This document shows positions 20,617 to 30,902 of a DNA stretch of 64,000 bases, one piece after another (the stretch's first letter is position 1; every line of letters starts with the position of its first letter). Source of the stretch: Candidatus Freyarchaeum deiterrae (GTDB taxonomy: Archaea; Asgardarchaeota; Jordiarchaeia; Jordiarchaeales; Jordiarchaeaceae); contig CP147778.1 of assembly GCA_037305845.1 (NCBI GenBank), forward strand, positions 3,168,001-3,232,000, read 5' to 3'. Under the pieces are notes generated by a model. It saw only the letters and a program-made list of their open reading frames with translations. It made no database searches and was not told the origin of the DNA. Position numbers and translations under genes: made by a program.

Positions 20617-21489
20617 GTGGAGAGGAAGGTAAGTTTTTACTCTGCTGGGCTTAGGTTGGCAGGAATTGTTCGTGTACCGGTAGATTATAAGAAGGGTGAA
20701 AAAAGGGCTGCTATTGTCCTGTGTCATGGTTTCACTGGAATAAAGGAATGGCTGATTCCACCCTATGCAGAAGCATTTACCAGAGCAGGATATGTTACCC
20801 TCACATTCGACTATCGGGGTTTCGGAGAGAGTGAAGGAATCAGGGGGCGTCTTATTCCCATGGAACAGTCAGAGGACATTCGGAACGCTATTACTTTTAT
20901 TGAAACCTTGGATGAGGTGGATGAGAACCGCATTGGATTGTGGGGAACTAGCTTCGGCGGAGCGAACGCCGTCTACACTGCGGGTATTGATCCGAGGCCT
21001 AAGTGCGTGGTTAGCCAGGTTGGTTTCGGTGACGGTGAGCGTACGGCTAAAGCTTATTACTCAGACTTTGTAAACGTTCTCACGGATTCTATTGAGCAGG
21101 ATCGTCGTAGGCGTGTGTTAACCGGTGAAAATTTTTATATCAAGCAGACCGACGTTTTGTCAGACCCAGAATCTGTGGCTGCAATTACTAGGTATATTAA
21201 AGAGTTGCCAAGGTTTGAAACCGCACTTCCCTTGGAGTTTGCTGAGAACCAGATGATATACAAACCTGAAAACGTTGTGCATTTAATATCTCCAAGAGCT
21301 CTACTATTGATTCAGGCTGAAAAGGATCCCATTATCCCCTTGGGCGAGGCGAGAAGCCTGTACGAGAAGGCGGGTGAACCCAAAAAATTAGTGACTCTTG
21401 AGGGAGTCACCCATTTCCAAATCTATGAGGGTAAAGGTTTTGAGAAATCAAGCCGATTGGCTCTCGATTGGTACAAGATTTACTTGTAG
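20617..21489 (+). CDS. Alpha/beta hydrolase
   Basis: CHGFTG, FDYRGFGESEG, GTSFGG nucleophile elbow, Asp and His near the C-terminus. Confidence 0.9.
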   Translation: MERKVSFYSAGLRLAGIVRVPVDYKKGEKRAAIVLCHGFTGIKEWLIPPYAEAFTRAGYVTLTFDYRGFGESEGIRGRLIPMEQSEDIRNAITFIETLDEVDENRIGLWGTSFGGANAVYTAGIDPRPKCVVSQVGFGDGERTAKAYYSDFVNVLTDSIEQDRRRRVLTGENFYIKQTDVLSDPESVAAITRYIKELPRFETALPLEFAENQMIYKPENVVHLISPRALLLIQAEKDPIIPLGEARSLYEKAGEPKKLVTLEGVTHFQIYEGKGFEKSSRLALDWYKIYL

Positions 21490-21666
21490 CTAGTTAAATT
21501 TTATTTTTTTTAGTACGATGGAAGGAAGGATCGTTTGCTTTGCTGCCAAGTCAAGAAAAGAACTCTAAAAATTTATGTTGATTGAAGTTCAAAGAAAGAA
21601 TTATAACTTTGTTATGAGTAATATCCTTGAACGTTTTTTCGGATTTTAGATTCGGAAGGATAAGTT

Positions 21667-23232
21667 ATGGATAGGTTGGAAACTACTAATACGGGAATAC
21701 CTTTTTTGGATTCTTTATTGGGTGGTGGATTCCTATCTAATTCAATCATAGTTATTTCCCATCAACCGGGGGCTAAAATGCGGCGGCTTGGTTTTCGGTT
21801 GATATTAAACAGATTTAATGAAAAAGTTCACTTGATTAATGTTACCTTTCACTATTCCTTACAAGAAGTGACAGACTGGGTTAAAGCTTCTATGACTAAG
21901 CCCGAATTACATAGGAAAGTTTCGGAAATCGGTTCTGCTGTCAACATGAGTGTTATCGATTGTTTCAATATTTCTGATTCTGAACAAGCTCAGAAAAAGA
22001 GTAATGTTTGTTATGTTTCTAATCCTTTCAATGTAGATGAACTTCTATCAGAGATGGCGCAAGTTAGGGAGAGTGTTCCAGAAGACAAAAGGGTGTACTG
22101 GTATTTTCACAATCTAACGAATATGAGTATAGGCGTCCAAGAGGAGGAGCTGGTGAAGTTCTGCAGGAGAGCTTTCCGATATCATAAGCAGAGTGGAGAT
22201 CTAGCAGTCTATACTCTTAATGAGAAGGCTCATTCGGACACTTTTTTTGCTAAGGTTTACCAGTTATCGGATGTTTTCATCAAGCTTTTTGTTGAAGAAA
22301 ACGAGTGGGGGCTTAAGAACGGTATTCAGGTTATTAAGGGAGTTTTTCCCTTCCAATCAAAGAAGGTCTTTTATGATATAGATGAAAATGGAGAGATTCA
22401 AGCCCTAGACAATAAGATTGATAGCAAACCGCCAATACAAGCTAATATTCTCAATACCATTAATAATTTTGAGAGCGAAAAGATTGAGAAAGAATCTATT
22501 ATTAGAACAGCAATTCCCAGATTGGATTATTTGCTTGGTGGCGGGCTTTTGTCAAATTCAATAATGGTTGCTTCTTGCCAGTACGGCGTCAGAATTCTAG
22601 AACCCCTGACTCACATTTTCCAAAACCAGTTTGGGGAAAAAACACAGATGATTATGATTAACTATCATTTCTCACCGTACGAGATTGAACCCCGCTTAAA
22701 AATATTGGAGCCGACATCGGATACCCACAAAGGGCCGGCGAAAAGCCTTTCATATGGCAACGTTAGTTTCATCGACTGTTTTAACATGCTCGAAAGCGAA
22801 ACAGATGCTCAAAAAGGTAATATTTATTCTCTCTCTAACCCCTTTGACACGGATAAGCTTTTATCAGTAATGACAAAGGTTAGAAGCAATATTCCAGAGA
22901 ATAAGTCGGTTTTCTGGATATTCACTAGCCTCACCGACATGAGCGTTGGTGTCCCTGAAGCCGAACTAGTGAAATTCTGTAGAAGAGCCTTCCGCTACCA
23001 CAAACGGCTCGGAGACCTAGCACTCTACCTACTAGTTGAGCAAGCTCACTCCGAAGTATTCCTTGCAAAACTCTACCAGTTGTCGGATGTTTTCATCAAA
23101 TTCATTGGGGAAAATAAGCCTGAAGGAATAGATAACAGTCTTCTGGTTTTGAAGGGAATATTTAACATTAGTTCAAAAAAGAGCAGATATCAACTGGATG
23201 ATCAAAACCGGATCCAATTCATTGAAGACTAA
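21667..23232 (+). CDS. Double-domain KaiC/RAD55-like protein with degenerate Walker motifs, copy 1
   Basis: Two TGIP.LD.LLGGG starts; SHQPGAKM in place of Walker A; LSDVFIK in both halves. Confidence 0.8.
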   Translation: MDRLETTNTGIPFLDSLLGGGFLSNSIIVISHQPGAKMRRLGFRLILNRFNEKVHLINVTFHYSLQEVTDWVKASMTKPELHRKVSEIGSAVNMSVIDCFNISDSEQAQKKSNVCYVSNPFNVDELLSEMAQVRESVPEDKRVYWYFHNLTNMSIGVQEEELVKFCRRAFRYHKQSGDLAVYTLNEKAHSDTFFAKVYQLSDVFIKLFVEENEWGLKNGIQVIKGVFPFQSKKVFYDIDENGEIQALDNKIDSKPPIQANILNTINNFESEKIEKESIIRTAIPRLDYLLGGGLLSNSIMVASCQYGVRILEPLTHIFQNQFGEKTQMIMINYHFSPYEIEPRLKILEPTSDTHKGPAKSLSYGNVSFIDCFNMLESETDAQKGNIYSLSNPFDTDKLLSVMTKVRSNIPENKSVFWIFTSLTDMSVGVPEAELVKFCRRAFRYHKRLGDLALYLLVEQAHSEVFLAKLYQLSDVFIKFIGENKPEGIDNSLLVLKGIFNISSKKSRYQLDDQNRIQFIED

Positions 23233-23590
23233 CGCATATAATTTAACTTTCTAAACCCATTTGGTCTTCCTCAAGTTTTACACTCAAAGTAACAGTCTCA
23301 ATTTCTGAACTTATTTAAAACCTAGCGTATTATTAGAATCTTCTTAGATATTACAAAAATGACCATTATTGGAAAATTGAATTTTCATCATTATTTTAAT
23401 AAACTGAAAAAGTTTTCCAGCACCGTTACCTTTTACAATATATTTATTTTTTGCTAGTCCTGCGATTGACTAAGCCTAGGAAAGGCCCAGAATAATCTGG
23501 AGAACGAGTTTAAGAAAAAAATATAATTTTGCTATACATTATATTTTTATATAGATTCTATTTCTAAATTTTGGATTCGGTGGATGGGTT

Positions 23591-25156
23591 ATGAATAATT
23601 TGGAAATTACCAGTACTGGGATTTCTGTCTTAGACTCATTGTTGGGTGGTGGATTCCTATCAAACTCAATTATAGTTCTCTCTCATCAACCAGGCTCTAA
23701 AATCCGGGCATTGGGTCTCCAGTTTGTATTAAACAAGTTTGATGAGAAATCTCACCTAATTGATGTTACCTTTAATTTACCCTTGCAAGAAACCTTGGAA
23801 TGGGTAAAAATTCCTATGGAGGCATCCAAAAGTTTAGAAAAAACTATGGATGTTCTTACAGCTGACCGCATAAGTACTATTGACTGTTTCAATATACCTA
23901 AGGAAGAGAATTCGCTAAAAGGTAAAATCCATTATGTTTCTAACCCTTTCAATGTGGAAAATCTTCTATCGGTGATGGCTCAGGTCAGAGAAAGCCTTCC
24001 CAGCGACAAGAAAGTTTACTGGTATTTTAGGGACCTAACAAGCATGAGTATTGGCGTACCCGAAGATGAACTATTAAGGTTCTGCCGTAGAGCCTTTCGA
24101 TACCACAAGCAGAAGGGAGATTTAGCAGGTTATGCAATAAATGAAAAGGGTCATACAGACAGATTTTTTGCCAAGGTTTACCAGCTATCTGATGTTTTCA
24201 TCAAGCTTATAGCTGAGGAAGTCTCGGAAGGACTTGATAGGAGTGTTCAAGTTATAAAGAGTGTATTCCCTTTCCAATCGAAGAAGACTTTTTATGATAT
24301 AGAACAAAGTGGGCGCATTCAATTTATAACCGATAAAATTGAAGGTAGACCAATAACTCCAGTTAGTTGTCTCTCCGCAGTTAATTATTTTGAAGACAAA
24401 ATAAGCAAGGACGACTTCGAATTTTTTACAACAGGGATTCCTAAGTTGAATTTTTTGCTGGGAGGCGGGATGCCGTTCAATTCAATCATCGTTCTTTCCC
24501 AAGGGTACGGAATAAGAATCGTTGAGCCTCTGGCTAACATTTTCCGAAAAGCTGCCAGTGAAAAAATCTGTAAAATCCACATTAATTTTCACTACTCACC
24601 GATGGAGTATGTAACATTCGCAAAAAGATACGAGCAGAAATCAGGTACTCAGACAGAAACATCCAAAAGTTTTGCTGAAGGCACCATGAGGTTTATTGAT
24701 TGTTTCGACAGTCCTAGTAGCGAAGAAGACCTACAGGAAGGAAATATTTATTTCGTCTCCAACCCCTTCGACGCAAATAAACTCTTATCGGTAATGGCGA
24801 AAGTTAGAGAAGAAATTCCGGAAGATAAATTAGTTTTCTGGATACTAGACGACCTAACAGAAATGAGTATCGGCCTGCCCGAGGATGAACTGTTAATGTT
24901 CTGCCGGAGAGCCTTTCGCTACCATAAATCAAAGGGAGACCTAGCACTCTACCTGATGAATGAACAAGCCCATACGGGAATATTTCGGGCAAAACTCTAC
25001 CAACTATCCGATGTTTATATCAGGCTCCTAGGAGGGAACACACCTGAGGGATTAGAGACCAGCATTCAAGTGATGAAAGGCGTCTTCAACGTTAACTCAA
25101 AAAAGGCTAAATACGTAATAGACGAAAAGAGCCAGATGCAATTGGCGGAAGATTAA
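23591..25156 (+). CDS. Double-domain KaiC/RAD55-like protein with degenerate Walker motifs, copy 2
   Basis: Same 521-aa length and architecture as copy 1; FCRRAFRYHK..GDLA twice. Confidence 0.8.
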   Translation: MNNLEITSTGISVLDSLLGGGFLSNSIIVLSHQPGSKIRALGLQFVLNKFDEKSHLIDVTFNLPLQETLEWVKIPMEASKSLEKTMDVLTADRISTIDCFNIPKEENSLKGKIHYVSNPFNVENLLSVMAQVRESLPSDKKVYWYFRDLTSMSIGVPEDELLRFCRRAFRYHKQKGDLAGYAINEKGHTDRFFAKVYQLSDVFIKLIAEEVSEGLDRSVQVIKSVFPFQSKKTFYDIEQSGRIQFITDKIEGRPITPVSCLSAVNYFEDKISKDDFEFFTTGIPKLNFLLGGGMPFNSIIVLSQGYGIRIVEPLANIFRKAASEKICKIHINFHYSPMEYVTFAKRYEQKSGTQTETSKSFAEGTMRFIDCFDSPSSEEDLQEGNIYFVSNPFDANKLLSVMAKVREEIPEDKLVFWILDDLTEMSIGLPEDELLMFCRRAFRYHKSKGDLALYLMNEQAHTGIFRAKLYQLSDVYIRLLGGNTPEGLETSIQVMKGVFNVNSKKAKYVIDEKSQMQLAED

Positions 25157-25347
25157 CTAAAATAGTCTAAGAACCTTGGAGCCTTTTAAAAAATTCTTTA
25201 AGGCACCACATAATTCTGCGATTCCCCCACAAAGGAAATCTTTAGATGTTAATAGCCAACCAGATTAATTGGTCAAGCAGTGAATGGTACACTTGAATAT
25301 CAAGGAACCGAATATTTTAACGACCTCTAAGTTGTCTCCTAAAAACA

Positions 25348-26748
25348 TTACCGCTGGGACTCTTTTTCTGTTCCTAGTAAGTTTTCAGCTTGGAAGATTT
25401 CATCTATCTTTTTTTTGTCTAATAACCCTTTTTCCAAAACTAGTTTTTTCACAGACTTTTTACTCTCGAGAGCTTCTTTCGCTATTTCCGATGCCTTAAG
25501 ATAGCCGATGTGTGGTGAGAGCAGAGTGACTAGCGAAGGATTCTTTTCAAGATAGTTCTCACATCTTTCGCGATTCGCTGTTATACCCTCAACACATTTG
25601 GTGATGAAAACTGGAAGGAAGTTCACTAAAAGGTTTATCGATTGGGTGACATTGTATATTATTACGGGCATCATCACGTTTAGTTCCAGTTGTCCTGCCT
25701 GCACGGCCAGGGATACAGTGAGGTCATTTCCCACGATTTGGAATCCAATCATATTCAAACATTCGCACATTACCGGATTTACTTTGCCGGGCATTATCGA
25801 TGAACCGGGTTGAACCGCAGGCAGTAGAATCTCTCCAAGACCCGCAGTGGGCCCAGAAGCGAGTAGCCTGAGGTCGTTTGCGATCCGGATTAGTTCAAGT
25901 GCCAGTTCTTTCAGTCCACTTGATACCGCTGCTATTTTTTGTTGGCTCTGCTGTGCTTCAAAGTGATCGGTTGCAGATTTGAGGTTTAGAAAACTTATCT
26001 CCGAGAGTTTCTTCACTACTTGTTCTCTGAATTTTGGATGAGTATTGACCCCGGTTCCTGTAGCTGTGCCTCCTAAAGCTACCTCTTCCAGTCCCTCCTT
26101 TCTTATTCTTAACTGTTTGAGTGCTCTATCTATCGCAGATGCATAGGCTCCAAATTCCTGCCCTAAAGTAACGGGCAGTGCATCGTTGAGATGTGTTCTT
26201 CCAGATTTAACCACATCAGAGAATTCTTCACCCTTATTCTGGAAAGCGTCTCTTAAATTTTCCAAAAGCTTGAACAATTTCTCAAGACCGAATAATGTGG
26301 AAACATGCATAGCCGTGGGGAAGGTGTCATTCGTCGACTGAGCCATATTTACATGGTCGTTCGGTCCTATTACTTTATAGTCTCCTTTAGGCCTACCCAA
26401 AATTTCCAGAGCGCGATTAGCTAAAACTTCATTCACATTCATGTTGAAAGAGGTGCCCGCTCCCGCTTGGAAAACATCCACCACAAACTGATCCGCCAAA
26501 TTACCTTCCAGAACCTCATCGCAAGCCTGCACTATGGGCTTCCCTACCTTGGAATCTAAAAAACCGGCTTCCATGTTAATTAGTGCCGCAGCCTTTTTTA
26601 TCAGCACATATGCTTTGATGAAGTCAGGGTGTTCCTTCAATCCAGTAACTGGAAAGTTTTCCAAGGCTCTTTGAGTCTGAATTCCATAATAGGCTTCTGC
26701 GGGTACTTCTTTTTCTCCCAGGAAATCCAACTCTCTCCGTGTTTTCAT
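25348..26748 (-). CDS. aspA: Aspartate ammonia-lyase (fumarase/aspartase superfamily)
   Basis: YYGIQTQRA, QAGAGTS.NMN.NEV, QSTND, GRTHL, GSSIMPGKVNP; class II fumarase not excluded. Confidence 0.8.
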   Translation of the reverse strand: MKTRRELDFLGEKEVPAEAYYGIQTQRALENFPVTGLKEHPDFIKAYVLIKKAAALINMEAGFLDSKVGKPIVQACDEVLEGNLADQFVVDVFQAGAGTSFNMNVNEVLANRALEILGRPKGDYKVIGPNDHVNMAQSTNDTFPTAMHVSTLFGLEKLFKLLENLRDAFQNKGEEFSDVVKSGRTHLNDALPVTLGQEFGAYASAIDRALKQLRIRKEGLEEVALGGTATGTGVNTHPKFREQVVKKLSEISFLNLKSATDHFEAQQSQQKIAAVSSGLKELALELIRIANDLRLLASGPTAGLGEILLPAVQPGSSIMPGKVNPVMCECLNMIGFQIVGNDLTVSLAVQAGQLELNVMMPVIIYNVTQSINLLVNFLPVFITKCVEGITANRERCENYLEKNPSLVTLLSPHIGYLKASEIAKEALESKKSVKKLVLEKGLLDKKKIDEIFQAENLLGTEKESQR

Positions 26749-27083
26749 AATTATCCAACCCGAATCAGCTATAAGTCTTCGAATACAAAACTTTTTCCCA
26801 ACATTTTAAAATTTAATTCCAAAGAATTTAAGCAAACGCAATTAATACTAGCCACTTCACCCTACTTTATTTTTTTTCTTGAAAAAAAACAGGTTACTAA
26901 GAATTTTAAAACGTAAAAGCTATCAAAACTTTCCCACAGATTCAACTCAAAAAGAGGCGAAATGATTCTAACGAATTTTTAAGTAGATTTTATCTAAGAA
27001 ACGCAATTCATTTTGTTAGCAGAGCATGACATGAATTATGATAATAAAAAGTAATCCCCTTTCCCCAAGACTAAAGAGTGCTT

Positions 27084-27635
27084 TTAAAAGAATTCTACTT
27101 CCTTTAAACGGAAGTGCATGACAAATTGGCAGACTGGGTCTCCTCGAGCCCGGCAGAGAGTCTCGTCGACGGTGACTGATTCCGCATTCCAATCCTCTTT
27201 CCTCTGCTCCTCTATCCATTCGGTGACACCCGCATTTGTGTTGCACATGAAAATTTGTGGTGATGGAGATACCAAGTCTTTGCAGATTGGACAATCCGCT
27301 ATTGAGTAAGTTATGTAGACATCTCTCCCATCTCTCCTGAACTCTGTTTTATCATAGGTTACTCCGAAGAAGAATTTGAAACCCAGATTGTAGGCTGACT
27401 TAGTGTTGGCTAACTCTTCCAATTTTTTTGCGGGTTGCTGTGTCGCAGCCAAATATCGTGTGAATATGAATTCTCCCATACTCTTTCCTATTTTTTTCCA
27501 TTCCTGATTAACTCTGGCTGGATCTTTGTATTGCTGCATTAAATAGCTGACCACAGAGTGCGTTTCAGATCTTGCAATGAATGAGTTCATTTTTTCGGCT
27601 TTAATTCTCCATGCTAATGTACCTTTTACACCCAA
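27084..27635 (-). CDS. V4R domain protein, copy 2
   Basis: CPIC...C...G...ETLCRARGDPVCQF canonical V4R pattern. Confidence 0.9.
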   Translation of the reverse strand: MGVKGTLAWRIKAEKMNSFIARSETHSVVSYLMQQYKDPARVNQEWKKIGKSMGEFIFTRYLAATQQPAKKLEELANTKSAYNLGFKFFFGVTYDKTEFRRDGRDVYITYSIADCPICKDLVSPSPQIFMCNTNAGVTEWIEEQRKEDWNAESVTVDETLCRARGDPVCQFVMHFRLKEVEFF

Positions 27636-27779
27636 AACTATTTCACCTCATCATTTTTTTAAATAACGAATTTTTGAGTAGATTTTCGCGAAAACATTGT
27701 TCATTTTGTTCGTGTAGTATAATCTGAATTATGATAATAAAAAAATATTCCCTCCCCTCCCAAAGTTTGAAGACTATTT

Positions 27780-28334
27780 TTAAAGGAACTCTACTTCCTT
27801 TAATTTGAAGTGGAAGGTAAACTGGCAGACTGGATCTCCTCGAGCCCGGCAGAGAGTCTCATCCATTGTGACCGATTCCGCATTCCAATCCGCTAACCTA
27901 TGCTCCTCTATCCATTCATTGATGCCCGCATTTGTTTGGCACATGAAAATTGCTGGTGATGGAGATACCAAGTCTTTGCAGAGTGGACAATCAGCTACTT
28001 GGTAATTTATGTAAACATCTCTCCCATCTCTCTTGAATTCTGTTTTATCATATGTTACACCGGTAAAGATTTTGAAACCGAGATTGTAGGCTGACTTAGG
28101 GTCGGCTAACTCCTCTAGGCTTTTTGCGGGTTTTTTGGAAGTAGCCAAGTAATGCACGTAGATGAATTCTCCCATACCTTTTCCTATTTTTTTAAGTTCC
28201 GCATTAACTTTGACTGGGTCGTTGGGGTATAGCTTCATTAAATAGGAAACGAATGAGTGTACTAGAGCTATTGAAATACCCGCGTTCAATTTTTCAACTT
28301 TCATTCTCCAAGCTAATGAACCTTTTACTCCCAT
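27780..28334 (-). CDS. V4R domain protein, copy 1
   Basis: CPLC...C...ETLCRARGDPVCQF; RBS overlaps the upstream gene stop. Confidence 0.9.
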   Translation of the reverse strand: MGVKGSLAWRMKVEKLNAGISIALVHSFVSYLMKLYPNDPVKVNAELKKIGKGMGEFIYVHYLATSKKPAKSLEELADPKSAYNLGFKIFTGVTYDKTEFKRDGRDVYINYQVADCPLCKDLVSPSPAIFMCQTNAGINEWIEEHRLADWNAESVTMDETLCRARGDPVCQFTFHFKLKEVEFL

Positions 28335-28341
28335 AACTATT

Positions 28342-29100
28342 TCACCTCTTCATTTTTTTAAATCCCGAGATGTACCTTATTACACCCTTTGCGCTGTAAT
28401 CACCGGTCGTTATCATAACCCGGACTTTGGGCAAATGAAGCTCCTCAGCAATGTCATCAATGGTATGACCGCCGTCGCAAAGCTCAAGAACTTTTACTTC
28501 ATCTGGATCTTTTACCTTCTTTAGAGATTTTTTATCAACTATGATGGGAAAACTCACCGTTACAGTGTCTCCTGTATTTCCCACAGACGGTGTTCCCATG
28601 GGTGGTTCCTGTATCCCCTCTTCTATTTTCTCTGATGTGATACCCGTTGGAATTGATTCATACGTTTTCTCAGTTACTCTAGCGGAGGAACTTTCTTGTA
28701 CCAGCTCGAGACTTGATTTTTTCGAGGCTACCTCGATTAGTCCCTTTGCCTCGGGGGCGGGAAGCTCGACATCTAAGTCTTTGAACAAGTTAGCAAAATT
28801 TTCCTCTAGACGTTTACCGACAACTATTAGGACTCCTTCTTTTTCGTAGCTTTCTAGAGCTAGGACAATATGGGGTGAAACTTTGTAAACTATTATATTG
28901 CTTTTCGGTAGTTTTTTGAGTTGATAATCTCCTATGTTCCAGACAGGGAAAACACTACTTAGTTTTTTAACTGCCTGCTCTGATTCGCCCGTTAGGGAGG
29001 AGTAGAGAAGATTACCATTGTTGTCTAGGAAGGCTACGTAGCCTTTCTTAGTCATAAACTTTGTAATCTTATCAGCGATTTCTCCAAATCTCTTCTGCAT
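28342..29100 (-). CDS. Putative roadblock/longin/profilin-like N-domain, linker and C-terminal winged HTH
   Basis: YVAFLDNNGNLLYS...IIVYKVS.HIVLAL alpha/beta module; VLELCDGGHTIDDIAEEL...GVIRY wHTH. Confidence 0.6.
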   Translation of the reverse strand: MQKRFGEIADKITKFMTKKGYVAFLDNNGNLLYSSLTGESEQAVKKLSSVFPVWNIGDYQLKKLPKSNIIVYKVSPHIVLALESYEKEGVLIVVGKRLEENFANLFKDLDVELPAPEAKGLIEVASKKSSLELVQESSSARVTEKTYESIPTGITSEKIEEGIQEPPMGTPSVGNTGDTVTVSFPIIVDKKSLKKVKDPDEVKVLELCDGGHTIDDIAEELHLPKVRVMITTGDYSAKGVIRYISGFKKMKR

Positions 29101-29238
29101 AATTCCCGCCTTTTTTACACACTGATTACCAAGTTATATATGAAAAATCTTACATAATAAATCTTTTTAAAAATGGATGGTGCAAAAAACCTTTGAAAAT
29201 ACATTTTTTCGAGTTTCTTCAACACTTTTATCACCTTT

Positions 29239-29997
29239 TCAGCTGAATCCATCTAATAAAGCCTTCACATTTTTTCCTAGGTCCGGATGATAGTATCCAC
29301 CTTCCAGAATGGCGAAACGTCTTCCTGCACAAGTTTCATCAGAAAACTCTTTGACCATGGACGCTATGGTTTCGTAATCCTCGGTTTTTAGTCTACGTCC
29401 CCAATCCAGAATGTATTCATCAAAACCAGCAGAAACCGCAACTATGTCGCAGCCTTTGGTAGCCTCAAGCTTAAGTTGCTCTGAGACCTCCGCCAAGTAT
29501 TCCTTTCTTCCGCCGTGATTCGGATTGAGGATAGATATTCCAGGTAAACCACCCAAAATATTCACTGTTCCATCTCCGAAGTGTAAATCAATATCAAGAA
29601 TAAAAACTTTTTCAGCCTTACCCTCACTTCTCAGTTTCAAAATAGCAACAGCCATGTTACTAAAGAAACAAAAACCCCAATTGGAATCACTAGAAGCATG
29701 ATGTCCCGGTGGACGAATCAAACCGAAAGCAGGCTCCCCACTATAACCAAGTTCTGCAGCGGTAATAGCCCCCCCAGCGGCAAGAGCGGCTACCTTATAC
29801 AACTGTTTATCCGATTTAATTGAATCAATATGTCTCTGAGTGTGAGCCCTCCTTAAATCCACCTCACTGGCTGGCTTAGGCTCGACAAACTCGAAATACG
29901 GAGCAATCACATCATAAATACTTTCTATACGCCCAGCCTCCGCAGCAGGATCGGAAGAATAAACTGTCTTGTACAATTCACTATAAACTATCTTCAA
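29239..29997 (-). CDS. Histone deacetylase family protein
   Basis: RPPGHHA, GFCFFSN, DIDLHFGDGT, SAGFD, LEGGY. Confidence 0.95.
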   Translation of the reverse strand: MKIVYSELYKTVYSSDPAAEAGRIESIYDVIAPYFEFVEPKPASEVDLRRAHTQRHIDSIKSDKQLYKVAALAAGGAITAAELGYSGEPAFGLIRPPGHHASSDSNWGFCFFSNMAVAILKLRSEGKAEKVFILDIDLHFGDGTVNILGGLPGISILNPNHGGRKEYLAEVSEQLKLEATKGCDIVAVSAGFDEYILDWGRRLKTEDYETIASMVKEFSDETCAGRRFAILEGGYYHPDLGKNVKALLDGFS

Positions 29998-30309
29998 AAC
30001 CGATCCAACCTCCAAAAACTATCTAACAAACATCTCTTCCCTTGATATAAAAGGTAACATCTAAATATTAAATTTTTACCCTTTAGTAAATTTTTTTAAA
30101 AATAGAAAAAAAGAAATTAAAATTCACTAAAAATTTTTAATCATAAACTGATACTACTTATTGGGTTCCCTTTTGTAGAAAATTTATGAAATTCAAAAAC
30201 CTACTACCCTCTCAGGATAGAATTACAGGGTATCAGCTTGACAGCTATTATCCGTATCTTGAATTTTAAATGTAGAACTTGAAGGAAAAAGGTTTGGGAT
30301 TTTGTTTGT

Positions 30310-30459
30310 CTAATTATTCTTCTCTTTTTTCTTCTCTTCTCTGAAGAATTCGGTGCCTTCCCTATAATCGATGTATCCTTCAGAAACTATTCTATTTCTA
30401 AACTTCTCTCTTCGCCGCTTTTCTATATTACTAAACTCTTTATTCTCCTTTTTACTCAA
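30310..30459 (-). CDS. Putative 49-aa microprotein (not in ORF track)
   Basis: Hand translation MSKKENKEFSNIEKRRREKFRNRIVSEGYIDYREGTEFFREEKKKEKNN; GGGTGA RBS just before TTG. Confidence 0.5.
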   Translation of the reverse strand: MSKKENKEFSNIEKRRREKFRNRIVSEGYIDYREGTEFFREEKKKEKNN

Positions 30460-30740
30460 TTTACTCACCCTAATACAAATATTCAATTCAAGATAATGTT
30501 CTACTCAGGTACTTGTTCCCTTCACACGCTGGGTATATTGCCCAATAATATATGATCAAAATATAGATATTAAATTTTTGCTGGAAAATCTTTACAAGAT
30601 TTGCTATTAAAAATGAATAGAAGAGCTCACTACTTAAGCCCAATAATACTTCACTCGATAATATCTCCGGTCACTCAAGAATCATATAACGATTTAGGAA
30701 CTATGAATATAAACTTGAATTTTGGACCGGCTACCTTGGA

Positions 30741-30902
30741 CTAGGTTTTCTTCTTAGACCGTTCTAGAGCTAATCTCCATTCTTCCTCATCACTTTTTTC
30801 CGTATCCTCTTGAGATAATTTTTTCAATTCTTCAATGTCATAATTTATTTTCTCCCCTTTTTTATTAACTTTCGGAGCACACTTATCACAATCTTTGGAC
30901 AA
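30741..30902 (-). CDS. Putative 53-aa microprotein with CxxC and UIM-like motif (not in ORF track)
   Basis: Hand translation MSKDCDKCAPKVNKKGEKINYDIEELKKLSQEDTEKSDEEEWRLALERSKKKT; GGAGGA RBS before TTG. Confidence 0.55.
   Translation of the reverse strand: MSKDCDKCAPKVNKKGEKINYDIEELKKLSQEDTEKSDEEEWRLALERSKKKT

Larger units (their letters stand above)
26965..28365 (-). repeat. ~700-bp tandem duplication carrying the V4R gene
   Basis: 26965-27083 resembles 27665-27779; the start context ACTATTTCACCTC..CATTTTTTTAAAT is repeated at ~27638 and ~28336. Confidence 0.85.

Noticed and set aside
21667-25156. Circadian KaiC clock
   Set aside because: Walker A motifs are lost, no C-terminal ST phosphosite context is evident, and there is no KaiA or KaiB.
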